The notes below the pieces were generated by a model. The model did no database searches. It saw nothing but the letters and a program-made list of their open reading frames with translations, and was not told the DNA's origin. From a virus: a stretch of DNA of 64,000 bases. This document shows positions 38,838-48,185 of this stretch, piece by piece. A program made the translations under genes and the position numbers. Each line of letters opens with the position of its first letter. The first letter of the stretch is position 1. The stretch spans positions 32,001 through 96,000 of IMG/VR virus record IMGVR_UViG_3300028920_000037. One strand, 5' to 3'.

Positions 38838-39061
38838 AGATTTTTCTAGGTGTGTTGGCGATTGTGATTTTTTGGGTAGGAATTTTCTTTGCAAGGAATT
38901 CGTTTACATCAAAGAAAACACGCCAAAAATTAGCCGCAACATTCTGGGGAGCTAATCCACACATAATTCCATTTCTTGTTCGGCAACACAATTCTGCGAT
39001 TGTGGGATTTGTTCTTTATGCGCTTGCGTCAACCATACAAATCATTGCTCTATTTCTGTAG
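38834..39061 (+). CDS. Small membrane protein
   Basis: Two hydrophobic segments; AT-rich. Confidence 0.45.
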   Translation: MKIFLGVLAIVIFWVGIFFARNSFTSKKTRQKLAATFWGANPHIIPFLVRQHNSAIVGFVLYALASTIQIIALFL

Positions 39062-39077
39062 AGGATAGTTATCAATC

Positions 39078-39350
39078 GTGACACCAGCAGAGGACGCAAA
39101 GCTACGTTTGCTCATCAGGGAACACGTCTTGTCGGCAGCTGTACCTGATTTTGTCATGATTGAGGCACTCGACATCGTCGAACAGAAGCTTAGGTTCGCG
39201 TTCGAAAAGTACATCCAACAGTACAAGTCGCACTCACCTGAAGAACGAGCGACCGCTGAAGATGCTGTGAACGTCCTGCTCGCGGGCCTCAAGGAAGACG
39301 TTAAGGAGTCCTTCGAACAGCGTCTACTCGACTTCCTACAGTCCGTGTAG
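39078..39350 (+). CDS. Small putative virion protein
   Basis: ATAGTTA 39065-39071, 6 nt before GTG; KLRLLIREH leader. Confidence 0.55.
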   Translation: MTPAEDAKLRLLIREHVLSAAVPDFVMIEALDIVEQKLRFAFEKYIQQYKSHSPEERATAEDAVNVLLAGLKEDVKESFEQRLLDFLQSV

Positions 39351-39379
39351 TTGAACATTGGGCCTGCGTGTGTTAGTAT
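39351..39379 (+). promoter_or_regulatory. Sigma70-type promoter TTGAAC-N17-TAGTAT, leaderless thyX
   Basis: Exact 17-nt spacer; the -10 ends 6 nt before ATG 39386. Confidence 0.7.
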
Positions 39380-39385
39380 GTGCTC

Positions 39386-40228
39386 ATGCAAGAGCAAAGG
39401 TGCATCGATGTCCTTGATCATGGCTATGTGAAATTCATCGAATCGTGGGGGTCTGATGAACGTATCATCGAATCAGCACGCATGAGCACCGACGGAGCAT
39501 TCCGTGGATGGGGACCGTACTACCAGTGTACGGTGTGTAAGTGCAAGCGGAGGGAAAACTTTGACGGCACGTGGTTGCCCTACGATGGAGACCAGCAACC
39601 AGGTCAGTGCTGTGACAACAACGACGATTTTCTCGATCGGCTTAGTAACGCCCAACCGGGAGACGAAAAGCTCCTGCGCTACCTCTACAAACACAGGCAC
39701 CACACACCGTTTGAGATGGCTGGGATGACGATCGAAGTCCAAGCACCGATCTTTGTTTTCCGCGAGTGGCACAGGCACAGGACGCAGTCATACAACGAGC
39801 TTTCAGCAAGGTATACACCGCTTCCCAGCCTGTACTATATGCCAGCTCTCGATCGACTGCTGATCAACGCTCGTTCTGATAAGAACAAACAGGCTGGTCT
39901 TGCGAGGGGTGCTCGCCAGTTGACGACAGAACGAGCCCTCAGGTTCCAGGACGACCTCGAGCGCCAGTACGAAACGTTTGAAGAACACTATCAAGAAGCA
40001 CTTCGTGACGGTGTTCCCAAGGAGCTCGCACGAGCAGGTATGCCGGTCGGGCACTACAGCAGGATGCGAGCGACTGCGAATCTTCGCAACTGGCTCGCAT
40101 TTTTGACGCTGCGGATGGACCCAGCTGCTCAGTGGGAGATCAGGCAATTCGCAAACACTGTTGGAATGTTCATTGAATCTGAGTACCCACGTACGTGGGA
40201 GCTCTTTGTGGAAGGCAGGCAGAAATGA
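39386..40228 (+). CDS. thyX: Flavin-dependent thymidylate synthase with Cys-rich insertion
   Basis: VLDHGYV, HHTPFE, PIFVFREWHRHRTQSYNELSARY, PKELAR, NLRNW..FL.LR, AQWEIR. Confidence 0.95.
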   Translation: MQEQRCIDVLDHGYVKFIESWGSDERIIESARMSTDGAFRGWGPYYQCTVCKCKRRENFDGTWLPYDGDQQPGQCCDNNDDFLDRLSNAQPGDEKLLRYLYKHRHHTPFEMAGMTIEVQAPIFVFREWHRHRTQSYNELSARYTPLPSLYYMPALDRLLINARSDKNKQAGLARGARQLTTERALRFQDDLERQYETFEEHYQEALRDGVPKELARAGMPVGHYSRMRATANLRNWLAFLTLRMDPAAQWEIRQFANTVGMFIESEYPRTWELFVEGRQK

Positions 40229-40830
40229 AGAAGGCACCTCACAAGAGGACACAGCTCATCGTGATCGAAGGTCCTGATCGCGTGGGCAAGGAAACACAGT
40301 CAAAGCTCCTCGTCAAGACGCTTCAGGGCCTCGGTTACTCTGCAACGCGTATCGAGATCCCGTTCAACGACGGTGTTACGTACAAGCTCATCTACTGGAT
40401 GCTTGGCAATGGCCTCGCGAAGAAGTTCAACAACCTATTCCAGGCAATCCAGATTCTGAACAAGTACGTCTGTCAGACGCTTGAGCTACCGAGGTATGAG
40501 GAGCAGTACGACTACGTTATCCTTGATAGATGGCATCTCTCGTCTGAGGTCTATGGTGAAGCCAGCGCTGTGAACAAGGAACTTCTTGATATCGTTGCAA
40601 GGGTCCTGACAAGGGTCGATACGACGTTTGTCCTCTTGGGTCCTCCACACATGAAGGAAGGCCGCGACGTCTACGAAAGAGACACAGAATTTCAACAGAA
40701 CGTCAGAAAGATCTACAAGGGCATGACAGAAAAGGACCCGAGCCTTGTTCAGATCAAGGCCGACCAACCTATAGAAAGCGTACATGATGCAATCATGTCG
40801 TACCTCTCGTTGCGAGGAAAGTTGGAATAG
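40225..40830 (+). CDS. tmk: Thymidylate kinase
   Basis: IVIEGPDRVGKETQ, ILDRW..S..VYG, YERD.EFQ. Confidence 0.9.
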   Translation: MKKAPHKRTQLIVIEGPDRVGKETQSKLLVKTLQGLGYSATRIEIPFNDGVTYKLIYWMLGNGLAKKFNNLFQAIQILNKYVCQTLELPRYEEQYDYVILDRWHLSSEVYGEASAVNKELLDIVARVLTRVDTTFVLLGPPHMKEGRDVYERDTEFQQNVRKIYKGMTEKDPSLVQIKADQPIESVHDAIMSYLSLRGKLE

Positions 40831-40835
40831 GATAA

Positions 40836-41480
40836 GTGCCCTATCAAATCATAGTAGCAGATCCGCCTTGGAAGTTCAGCGATAGGCTGAAGAACATGGG
40901 CAACAAGGTGAAACGCGGCGCTGAACACGTCTACAAAGGACACGTATTGTCGATCGCGGATATCAAGGCGCTCCCGATTAGGCAGTATGCCGATCCAAAC
41001 GGTTCAGTGCTTGCGCTGTGGGTTCCGAGTACGATGCTTCAAGACGGCCTCGATACAATGAAGGCATGGGGTTTCGTGCAAAAGCAAACGTTCGTTTGGG
41101 TGAAGCTTAAAAGGGCGTTTTTGAACGAGGTCGATGCAAATCATGCTCTTCGCATGGGCATGGGTCACCTGCAGAGGCAGTGCCATGAAATCGGACTGAT
41201 CGGAACGATGGGCAGCCCGTATGGGTTGCTCATGAACAGAGCACAGCGTTCAACGTTCTTCGATGAAGCGTTTGAAGAAGAAGAGCTGAAGGGAGTGACG
41301 ATGTTCGATCTGAACCACCGTCACTCCCAGAAACCAGAGGTGCTACAGGATCGGTTCGATATGATGTTCCCAACGTCGCAGAAGCTCGAGCTGTTCGCAA
41401 GGCGTACCAGGCCTAGTTGGACGTGTCTCGGGAACGAAATTGATGGAAAAGACATCCGTCAGGCGCTATCAGAGATCTAG
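40836..41480 (+). CDS. MT-A70 family adenine methyltransferase
   Basis: IIVADPPW, LALWV, AWGF...FVWVK, GMGH, HSQKP, LELFAR, W..LGNE. Confidence 0.9.
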   Translation: MPYQIIVADPPWKFSDRLKNMGNKVKRGAEHVYKGHVLSIADIKALPIRQYADPNGSVLALWVPSTMLQDGLDTMKAWGFVQKQTFVWVKLKRAFLNEVDANHALRMGMGHLQRQCHEIGLIGTMGSPYGLLMNRAQRSTFFDEAFEEEELKGVTMFDLNHRHSQKPEVLQDRFDMMFPTSQKLELFARRTRPSWTCLGNEIDGKDIRQALSEI

Positions 41481-41512
41481 ACAGAGTAGAATTGCTCTTG
41501 GAGGAAATGTAT

Positions 41513-41776
41513 ATGTCTCAGAAGTTCAAGCACAGCGACCAGGTCTGGCACAGAGTCGTGCAAATCGTGCAAGAGGCAATGATCATGGGCGTTGATTGTG
41601 TCGACCTTCTTCGACAGATTGAGGTCATGTCAGACGACAAGGACAACCTTGTTCTGACGCCAGAATACATCAGATCGGTCGGAAAGATGCACGAGAAGTG
41701 GCTCGCGGATGCCGTTCGACTTCAGGAAGATCAGACCAACGCGAAGAACGTGGTCATTGATCCGAACATGAACTAG
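41513..41776 (+). CDS. Hypothetical protein
   Basis: SD GGAGG; SDQV...VQIVQEAM..GVD.VD.LRQI. Confidence 0.55.
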   Translation: MSQKFKHSDQVWHRVVQIVQEAMIMGVDCVDLLRQIEVMSDDKDNLVLTPEYIRSVGKMHEKWLADAVRLQEDQTNAKNVVIDPNMN

Positions 41777-41778
41777 GT

Positions 41779-42150
41779 ATGGCGCAGGATAAGCTCAAGG
41801 CGATGTGGGATCAGCAGTTCGCGTTTATGCGGTTGCTTCAACAGGAACGCGACTTTCCGCAGTTTCCTGTTGATCTTTCTGAAAAGAAAGGACAACGGTT
41901 TTTAAAGGACATCACACATGAATGCATGGGTGAGCTCTTTGAGGCAAACCAACACCTCAAGAATTCAAAAAAGCACCGCGTCACAGAGGTCACAGAATTT
42001 GAACGTGAAAAATACATTGAAGAATTGTGCGATTCATTGCACTATTTTTTCGAAATCTGTATTGCCAGTGGGATCTCACTTGATGAATTATACACAGCGT
42101 ACATGACAAAGGGTGAGATCAACGTCGAGAGAATCAAAGGCGGTTATTGA
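41779..42150 (+). CDS. Dimeric dUTPase / MazG-like NTP pyrophosphatase
   Basis: E..GELFEA..L.N.K.H, YIEELCDSLHYF, Y..K..IN..R...GY. Confidence 0.75.
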   Translation: MAQDKLKAMWDQQFAFMRLLQQERDFPQFPVDLSEKKGQRFLKDITHECMGELFEANQHLKNSKKHRVTEVTEFEREKYIEELCDSLHYFFEICIASGISLDELYTAYMTKGEINVERIKGGY

Positions 42151-42231
42151 ATAGGTACACAAGCATGGCCGCAAAGAAGAAGAACAGGTGAGGTCTGAAG
42201 GTCTCGTTCGACTGGTCACAGACAGACGACG

Positions 42232-42477
42232 ATGAGAACGACATTTGAGATCGACGTACCTGGCGCTGAGGCTGCGTCGATAACGGTTGAGTTCAAGGGC
42301 AACAAGTTGATCGTCTTCGTCGAACGAGTCGGTGGTTCTGCGATCGATAGGTTCAATGTACCGCGTCGAGAGTACAATGCCCCCGCAGCGACGGCAACCT
42401 TAACGAACGGTGTGCTCACTATCGATGTACCAAAGATGTCCAAGCAGGGCGATGTGAACATCCCTGTAACAGGGTGA
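42232..42477 (+). CDS. Hsp20/alpha-crystallin protein 1 (N-terminus possibly frameshifted from 42165)
   Basis: EIDVPG...ITVE...L.V, ATATLTNGVLTIDVPK. Confidence 0.8.
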   Translation: MRTTFEIDVPGAEAASITVEFKGNKLIVFVERVGGSAIDRFNVPRREYNAPAATATLTNGVLTIDVPKMSKQGDVNIPVTG

Positions 42478-42545
42478 CAAATCCTGTGTACACCACTCGA
42501 TCATAGGGTACCTTGATCACACCCTGATGGAGGAAAGTATACAAG

Positions 42546-43016
42546 ATGAGCAATCAAAACATTGAGAAGTACGGCACACAGTCCGAGTGTGATGGTGACT
42601 GTGAGAGCTGTGAGAGCTGTGAAAAGGCAGGAAGCATCCTTGCTACATTCGAAAAGGTCGGCCTTGCGCCGATCGGCGCAGCTGCCATATCACCCGTAGA
42701 CCTGTTAGCGTTTCTGAAGCCACCACCACCATCGCGAGGCGACATGCCCAAGCTGTCCAACAATGTTGTCGGCAACGAGCTGATCATCACCGTCGACCTA
42801 CCTGGTGTTGCAAAGGAGACCGTCAGCGTCGAGGTCCCACCGCAGGATCCCGCGGCGCTAAAGATCGGTTGGACTCGCAACAGCGAAGAACACAGGTTTG
42901 GGTACACGTCCGTTTCTCCGGAATATGATGCCACTGCGGCGCGTGCTACGCTTGCGAATGGTGTGTTATCGATCACCATTCCTGCGAAGCCTTCGGTTAC
43001 GATCGAGGTCAAATAG
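42546..43016 (+). CDS. Hsp20 protein 2 with N-terminal CxxxCxxCxxC
   Basis: SD GGAGG; VDLPGVAKE.VSVE, ARATLANGVLSITIP. Confidence 0.85.
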   Translation: MSNQNIEKYGTQSECDGDCESCESCEKAGSILATFEKVGLAPIGAAAISPVDLLAFLKPPPPSRGDMPKLSNNVVGNELIITVDLPGVAKETVSVEVPPQDPAALKIGWTRNSEEHRFGYTSVSPEYDATAARATLANGVLSITIPAKPSVTIEVK

Positions 43017-43042
43017 GTATCGTTCAGCGACCGCTGCAGCAA

Positions 43043-43077
43043 GGTGGGTGCCCTCATTGGGCACCCATCGTCGTTTC
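43043..43077 (+). terminator. Terminator-like hairpin after Hsp20-2
   Basis: GGTGGGTGCCC-tcatt-GGGCACCCATC; weak U tract. Confidence 0.6.
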
Positions 43078-43149
43078 AAAAAAGTGCGTTTAGGGCCTGT
43101 ACCTTCGACGCTGTAGACTTATCATGTGTTTGCACACAAGGAGGAAACA

Positions 43150-43497
43150 ATGTCTCTAGCTCTCTATCAAGGTGGATTGTCTACACGTTCATTTGATGAC
43201 CTCTTCGACACCTTCTGGAGCGGCGCCGCGGTGTCGCTACCACGCTACACATCACGGGTCGAAGACGATACGTACGTCATTGAAGTCGACCTACCTGGCA
43301 CCAAGAAGGACGACATCGATGCGACTGTGCTGAGTGGAAAAGTTCACGTAAAGGCAAAACGCGGCGGCTCTGACGTTGCGTTTGTCGTCAACATACCGCA
43401 CACATATGACATCGAGACGGTTCAAGCGAGCATGTTGAACGGCGTCCTCACGCTCAAGGCAAAGAAGGTACTTGGTCGAAAGTTGGAAATCACATAG
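43150..43497 (+). CDS. Hsp20 protein 3
   Basis: SD GGAGG; FDDLFDTF, IEVDLPG.KKDDI, ASMLNGVLTL. Confidence 0.88.
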   Translation: MSLALYQGGLSTRSFDDLFDTFWSGAAVSLPRYTSRVEDDTYVIEVDLPGTKKDDIDATVLSGKVHVKAKRGGSDVAFVVNIPHTYDIETVQASMLNGVLTLKAKKVLGRKLEIT

Positions 43498-43518
43498 CGT
43501 CAGATCCGTGCAGAACTT

Positions 43519-43551
43519 CGAATGGGCTCATTTGGGCCCCTTCGTGCATTT
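43519..43551 (+). terminator. Terminator-like hairpin after Hsp20-3
   Basis: CGAAtGGGCTCA-tt-TGGGCCCcTTCG followed by tgcattt. Confidence 0.5.
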
Positions 43552-43579
43552 GTGATACGCGTGGTGTAGCCTTATACAC

Positions 43580-43888
43580 ATGCACGGCATTCATACATAC
43601 GCCTACAGGTCACCAGCAGTTATAGATGATGATCCTGAAGATAGGTGGACGTTTGCACGTTTCATGCGCATTGTGCATAGAAGGTCAAGGTTTCGACGTC
43701 TTTGTCGATCATTGTTGATCGTTTTGTACGGTACGTGGAAAAGCAGGTTTTACAGGTGCACGTGTGACGAATGTTACGAAAAAAGCGATAACAAAGAGGT
43801 ACATCACAAGATGAGGTGCCCTGCATTGCGTTGTCAATCGGGAGCGCGGGTCCCGGTCCATGAAGGACGGTCCAAGAATGAAATTTGA
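43580..43888 (+). CDS. Hypothetical Cys-containing protein
   Basis: TAGCCT-N7-ATG; CxCxxC and H..RC. Confidence 0.4.
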   Translation: MHGIHTYAYRSPAVIDDDPEDRWTFARFMRIVHRRSRFRRLCRSLLIVLYGTWKSRFYRCTCDECYEKSDNKEVHHKMRCPALRCQSGARVPVHEGRSKNEI

Positions 43889-44870
43889 TATCGAGTCACG
43901 TACGATCTACCTCGCTCGGCACGGGTCTCACGCGTACGGGACAAACCTACCTACAAGCGACATTGACGTGAAGGGGATCTGTATCCCACCCCTTGCTGTG
44001 CACTTTGGGTTCCTGCATACGTTCGAGCAGTACGAACGTATGGGAAACAACGAGGGCGGCAACCTACACAGGCTTCGTGGGCTTGTGAGCAGCGACTGCG
44101 ACCTTGTCATCTACTCGTTGAAGAAGTTTGCAAAGCTTGCTGCCGACTGCAACCCGAACATCATCGAGGTGCTGTTCTGTAGTGACGAGGACGTCCTCGA
44201 AGCGACTCCAGAAGGAGAATACCTCAGAAGCATCCGTGAACGCTTCTTGTCAAAGAAGGCAAAGCATACGTTCTCCGGATACGCCCACGCCCAGTTGAAG
44301 CGCATCAAGACGCATAGGGGGTGGCTGCTCAACCCTCCGATGGAGCCATCTCGAGGAGCGTTTGGCCTCAGCGAGAAGCGAGAGGTCTCGAAGTCTGACC
44401 TAGGCGCGTACAACGCTGTCGTGGAGCGAGGCGACGAGCTCAACCTCCCGCCGAATATCGTTGAGCTACTAAAGGCGGAGAACGCATACGCCCAGGCACA
44501 ACGAACGTGGCAGCAGTACCTCGACTGGCAGACGAACAGGAACAGTGCTCGCCACGAGCTAGAAGCCCAGTTTGGGTATGATACGAAGCACGCGATGCAC
44601 CTCATCAGGCTCATGCGGATGTGCAGGGAAATCCTGCTAGGAAAGGGTGTTATCGTCAAGCGTCCTGATGCCGAGGAGTTGCTCGAGATCCGCGCCGGAC
44701 GACGCTCGTACGAAGACGTTGTCGCAGAGGCAGAGAGCCTTAACGCTGAGTGCGACGAGCTCTACAAGACAACGTCCTACCTACCACATAAGCCTGATGT
44801 CGCCGCCCTCGACGCCCAAGTCGTTGAAATGACGCTCAAGTATCACTTTCGAAAGGATTTTTCGCTTTGA
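43878..44870 (+). CDS. Pol-beta superfamily nucleotidyltransferase (RlaP/YcgL-like)
   Basis: HGSHAYGTNLPTSDIDVKG, NPNIIEVLF, F.GYA..Q, GYDTKHAMHLIRL, L.EIR.G, LP.KPD. Confidence 0.88.
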   Translation: MKFDIESRTIYLARHGSHAYGTNLPTSDIDVKGICIPPLAVHFGFLHTFEQYERMGNNEGGNLHRLRGLVSSDCDLVIYSLKKFAKLAADCNPNIIEVLFCSDEDVLEATPEGEYLRSIRERFLSKKAKHTFSGYAHAQLKRIKTHRGWLLNPPMEPSRGAFGLSEKREVSKSDLGAYNAVVERGDELNLPPNIVELLKAENAYAQAQRTWQQYLDWQTNRNSARHELEAQFGYDTKHAMHLIRLMRMCREILLGKGVIVKRPDAEELLEIRAGRRSYEDVVAEAESLNAECDELYKTTSYLPHKPDVAALDAQVVEMTLKYHFRKDFSL

Positions 44871-44895
44871 CCACTAAACCGAAGCACCAGACTAT

Positions 44896-45159
44896 GTGTG
44901 GGAACACGACTGCTCAACGTCGATGACGCAGTCGCCAGAACCCATGCTGATGAAGGACGGCAAACCGTTCGAAGCGGTGAACGAGCTTCTGTGTGTCATC
45001 GAAGCAGCATCCGGTGAGGAAGCGTCTGCAATCTTCAACCTTCGCATGGGCTTCGGAGCGTACCATCCGATGGGCGAATCGCAGGAGTGTCCAAGGTGTG
45101 GAGCTTGGTTCTATCCGAGTGGTTCTGGACAGTGTTGGAGCTGCGGGCACTCGCAGTGA
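44896..45159 (+). CDS. Small zinc-ribbon protein
   Basis: CPRCG...GQCWSCG at the C-terminus. Confidence 0.5.
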   Translation: MWEHDCSTSMTQSPEPMLMKDGKPFEAVNELLCVIEAASGEEASAIFNLRMGFGAYHPMGESQECPRCGAWFYPSGSGQCWSCGHSQ

Positions 45160-45198
45160 TCGTTTAACACGATGCATCTGCGTCTGCTATTTAGATGC

Positions 45199-46191
45199 AT
45201 GGACAACGTTGTCGACCCAGGAGCTCAGAGGATCCTCCGGCCGTTCATGCGCTACATCAGGACGGGAAACGTACCTCAGGAGTTCGATCACAATAGCAAG
45301 TTTCGTGCGCTCGCTCAGGCGCTTCGTGACTCTGGACGCTGGGAAGGCTACAAGGACGAATATTCTTCGCTGTATAATGCGTGGATCAAGCAGGATGTTA
45401 CTGCGAACATGAATGATTACAAGGAACTCGAGAAGGCGGCGATGCACGACATTGAGGATCTGCAGCTCAAGCAGCGCTTTGCTGTACGGCGCTTTGTGAA
45501 CACGGCGCTGTACAAGGGTCTTGGCTCTGATGCGAATCCGGTGCTCGCAGCTGCGTGGGCCGCGACAGACTTCAACATGGGCAATAGGAACGAGCTTGAG
45601 AATTCTGTCGACGCGAGGTTGCTTACGTGGTTGAAGGACAACGCATACGACCTCGCTGAGCTCGCCGAAGAGTTCGGTCGTCAGGTGAATACGCTCATCT
45701 CGAGGTACGAAAACACGCCATCGGCGCAGTCGAACGGTGGGCTACGTCGGGCGATTGAACTCGCGAACGACTATCGCCATGCGAAGAACGTCTTTTACGA
45801 TCTTACCCAGGGAATGATTCGTTCGGCGCGATCGTTTACACCCGATCGCGCTCGCGACATGGCCGCAGAGTTCTGGTCGTCTGCGGCCAGCGAGAGCGAT
45901 CCAGGAAACGATACGAGGATCATGGCAGTGATTGAACCGTTACTTCCACAGAGCACGTCAGCATTATCCGACCTCATCTCGTTTCTTGAGGATGCGTACA
46001 ACCAGGTAGTAAACATCTTGTATTTCGGAAACGATACGTCAGATGTCCTGCAAAAGCCAGAATCGTTGCTCGTCGCGTACCTCCTTGACAGAAACAAGGA
46101 CGAGCTCGTGCAGCGCTGGCAGCAATTTTTACCGATTGATGACCTTGAAACGATTGCAAACGCGTTCGGTGACACCGTCATGAATGCCTAG
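45199..46191 (+). CDS. Hypothetical helical protein, putative late/virion
   Basis: CTATTTA 45187-45193, 5 nt before in-frame ATG 45199. Confidence 0.55.
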   Translation: MDNVVDPGAQRILRPFMRYIRTGNVPQEFDHNSKFRALAQALRDSGRWEGYKDEYSSLYNAWIKQDVTANMNDYKELEKAAMHDIEDLQLKQRFAVRRFVNTALYKGLGSDANPVLAAAWAATDFNMGNRNELENSVDARLLTWLKDNAYDLAELAEEFGRQVNTLISRYENTPSAQSNGGLRRAIELANDYRHAKNVFYDLTQGMIRSARSFTPDRARDMAAEFWSSAASESDPGNDTRIMAVIEPLLPQSTSALSDLISFLEDAYNQVVNILYFGNDTSDVLQKPESLLVAYLLDRNKDELVQRWQQFLPIDDLETIANAFGDTVMNA

Positions 46192-46429
46192 TGCACTTCC
46201 GTTCGTCGAGCCATACTATTGGTTGAACATCCACGGTTGGAAGGATAAGATGAGCAAAGAGAAGAATACTACGCAACGTCCTGTAAGCGATCTACGGCTG
46301 CAAAGTACCTCGCATTTCTTGAAAATGCTCCGCCAGTCGAACCTTGCGTTCTATGCGGAGCATGGAGAGGATCCTGAGGCACGTCGCAAGGCACAGAAGA
46401 TCCTTGCAGGTGAACGTCTTTAAGACGCT

Positions 46430-47371
46430 ATGAGAACTAAAACGATTCTCTTGCTTGTCGGACTTCCGGCGAGTGGCAAGTCAACATACGCTTTCGACCT
46501 GATGAAGAGGGAACGCAGGTGGAAGCGTGTTTCACGCGACGATATCAGGTTGATGCTCGATGGAGTCGAGTTCGATCCAAAGAACGAGTCATTCGTCACG
46601 AAGATTGAGGATGCCTCCGTCGAGGCGGTACTTCGTGCTGGATACGATGTTATCATCGATGCAACACATTTGAATGTGCAGTCGCGGAACAAGTGGTTGC
46701 AGTTCGCGGCGCACTTTGGTGACGTTAAGATCATTTCGAAGAACTTTGATATCAGTCTGGAAGATGCGCTGCGAAGGAACGATCTACGCAACCAAGCAGG
46801 TGCACAAAATGTTTCACCCGATGTCATTGAAAGGATGTACGATAGGTACGTCAAGAAAAACGGCCTTCCAAAGGAACTCGATGAATACTTCCCGAGTCCA
46901 GCATTCGTGCAGGCAGAGGTAGATGAATCGCTTCCTTATTGCGTCGTGTGCGACCTTGACGGGACGCTTGCGGACAACTCATGGAGGAACGTTTACGAGG
47001 CTACCGATTGTGAGCGTGATCCAGTGATCAGATATGTTAAGGATGTGCTTTTTGCCGTACATGAAAAGTTCGGCGATTCAATCATATTTGTAACAGGTCG
47101 TGAGGAACAGTTTCGTGAAGGAACAGAAGAGTTCCTTACAAATGCTGGATTTATGTGGACCAGTAGTGACAGATCTATGCGGGCAAACGAGCTTCATATG
47201 CGCTCCAACACAGATAAGCGCAAGGACTACGTTGTTAAAAAAGAAATTATCACTGAATTTCGCAAGAGGTTTAATATCAGGTTCTGCCTCGAGGACAGGC
47301 CACGAAACTGTCGCATGATGCGGTACGAACTCGGCCTTCCGGTCCTCCAGGTTGCAGATGTGGAGTTCTGA
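46430..47371 (+). CDS. pseT: Polynucleotide 5'-kinase/3'-phosphatase (T4 Pnkp-like)
   Basis: GLPASGKST, SRDDIR, IIDATHL; HAD domain CDLDGTLA, FVTGR, LHMR..D.RKD.VVK, EDR. Confidence 0.92.
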   Translation: MRTKTILLLVGLPASGKSTYAFDLMKRERRWKRVSRDDIRLMLDGVEFDPKNESFVTKIEDASVEAVLRAGYDVIIDATHLNVQSRNKWLQFAAHFGDVKIISKNFDISLEDALRRNDLRNQAGAQNVSPDVIERMYDRYVKKNGLPKELDEYFPSPAFVQAEVDESLPYCVVCDLDGTLADNSWRNVYEATDCERDPVIRYVKDVLFAVHEKFGDSIIFVTGREEQFREGTEEFLTNAGFMWTSSDRSMRANELHMRSNTDKRKDYVVKKEIITEFRKRFNIRFCLEDRPRNCRMMRYELGLPVLQVADVEF

Positions 47372-47619
47372 TGCACGAAACAGTGAAGCAGATCATCCTT
47401 AAAAGGTCATCGACACAGTATCTACTCGCCCTGAAGGTTCGTGCAAACAGGAACGGAGGCGAAGCCGTAGAATGCGGTGGGATTGTCATCTCAGTCGAAG
47501 AACTCAAGAAGGAGCTCGCTCTGAGGCCTCACATTCCAAATAAGGCGGAATCTCCGAGCGGCAGACGTCTGCCGCTCGGAGATCAAAGGAAAGAAAGAAG
47601 CGTCGATGAACATTATTGA
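47371..47619 (+). CDS. Hypothetical protein
   Basis: Coupled to pnkp; ELKKELALRPHIPNK. Confidence 0.5.
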   Translation: MHETVKQIILKRSSTQYLLALKVRANRNGGEAVECGGIVISVEELKKELALRPHIPNKAESPSGRRLPLGDQRKERSVDEHY

Positions 47620-47842
47620 ACGTGCCGTTGCAGGTGAGTTCGACGGGAAGCCCATTGACGAGCTCCTTGAGGCCATAGACGATGAGATTGACAAATGGCA
47701 CTCGCCTGAACACGATGACGATGATTCTAAACTTCATGAGTTCCTTGGCATGTCGTGGGAAGAGTACAAGTTCTTTGTAGAAAAGCCAACATACTTCATG
47801 AGTTCCTTGGTATGTCGTGGGAAGAGTACGGGTTCTTTGTAG
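47606..47842 (+). CDS. Hypothetical protein, C-terminus altered by a tandem duplication
   Basis: IDDEIDKWH...LHEFLGMSWEEY. Confidence 0.55.
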   Translation: MNIIERAVAGEFDGKPIDELLEAIDDEIDKWHSPEHDDDDSKLHEFLGMSWEEYKFFVEKPTYFMSSLVCRGKSTGSL

Positions 47843-47854
47843 AAAAGCCAACAT
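47731..47854. repeat. 62-bp tandem duplication (2 copies, 3 mismatches)
   Basis: 47731-47792 versus 47793-47854; differences are ggCa/ggTa and cAAg/cGGg. Confidence 0.95.
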
Positions 47855-47870
47855 CTAAAGAGGTTCAGCA

Positions 47871-48185
47871 ATGATTGAAAGCGACTTCTACGAACAGAGT
47901 GTCAAGAACAAGGAAAAGTTCCCACAGAATGCAATGTACATCGCCCTTGTTTTTAAGCAGGGATCTCAACACGTTCCAGCGTATGATCGCCACGATCCTC
48001 CTGAAGGCACGTACTGTCCAACGGAAGAGTGCGACGCGTATGTCTTTGGAGACAAGGAAACGCTCGACATGTTTGCCATGCGAGCGATGCACCTCAACAT
48101 GAAGTACGTCATGTTTGAGCTAGGAAGCCAGCTTACAACGCATGTTACAGTCGACGTCAAACCGAAGATGGAGCCTACGCGATGA
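47871..48185 (+). CDS. Hypothetical protein
   Basis: SD GAGG; coupled to the ligase gene. Confidence 0.5.
   Translation: MIESDFYEQSVKNKEKFPQNAMYIALVFKQGSQHVPAYDRHDPPEGTYCPTEECDAYVFGDKETLDMFAMRAMHLNMKYVMFELGSQLTTHVTVDVKPKMEPTR

Noticed and set aside
47731-47854. Repeat pair with A-to-G differences as a DGR template/variable repeat
   Set aside because: The copies are directly adjacent, one mismatch is C/T, and there is no reverse transcriptase in the window. A simple tandem duplication explains it.
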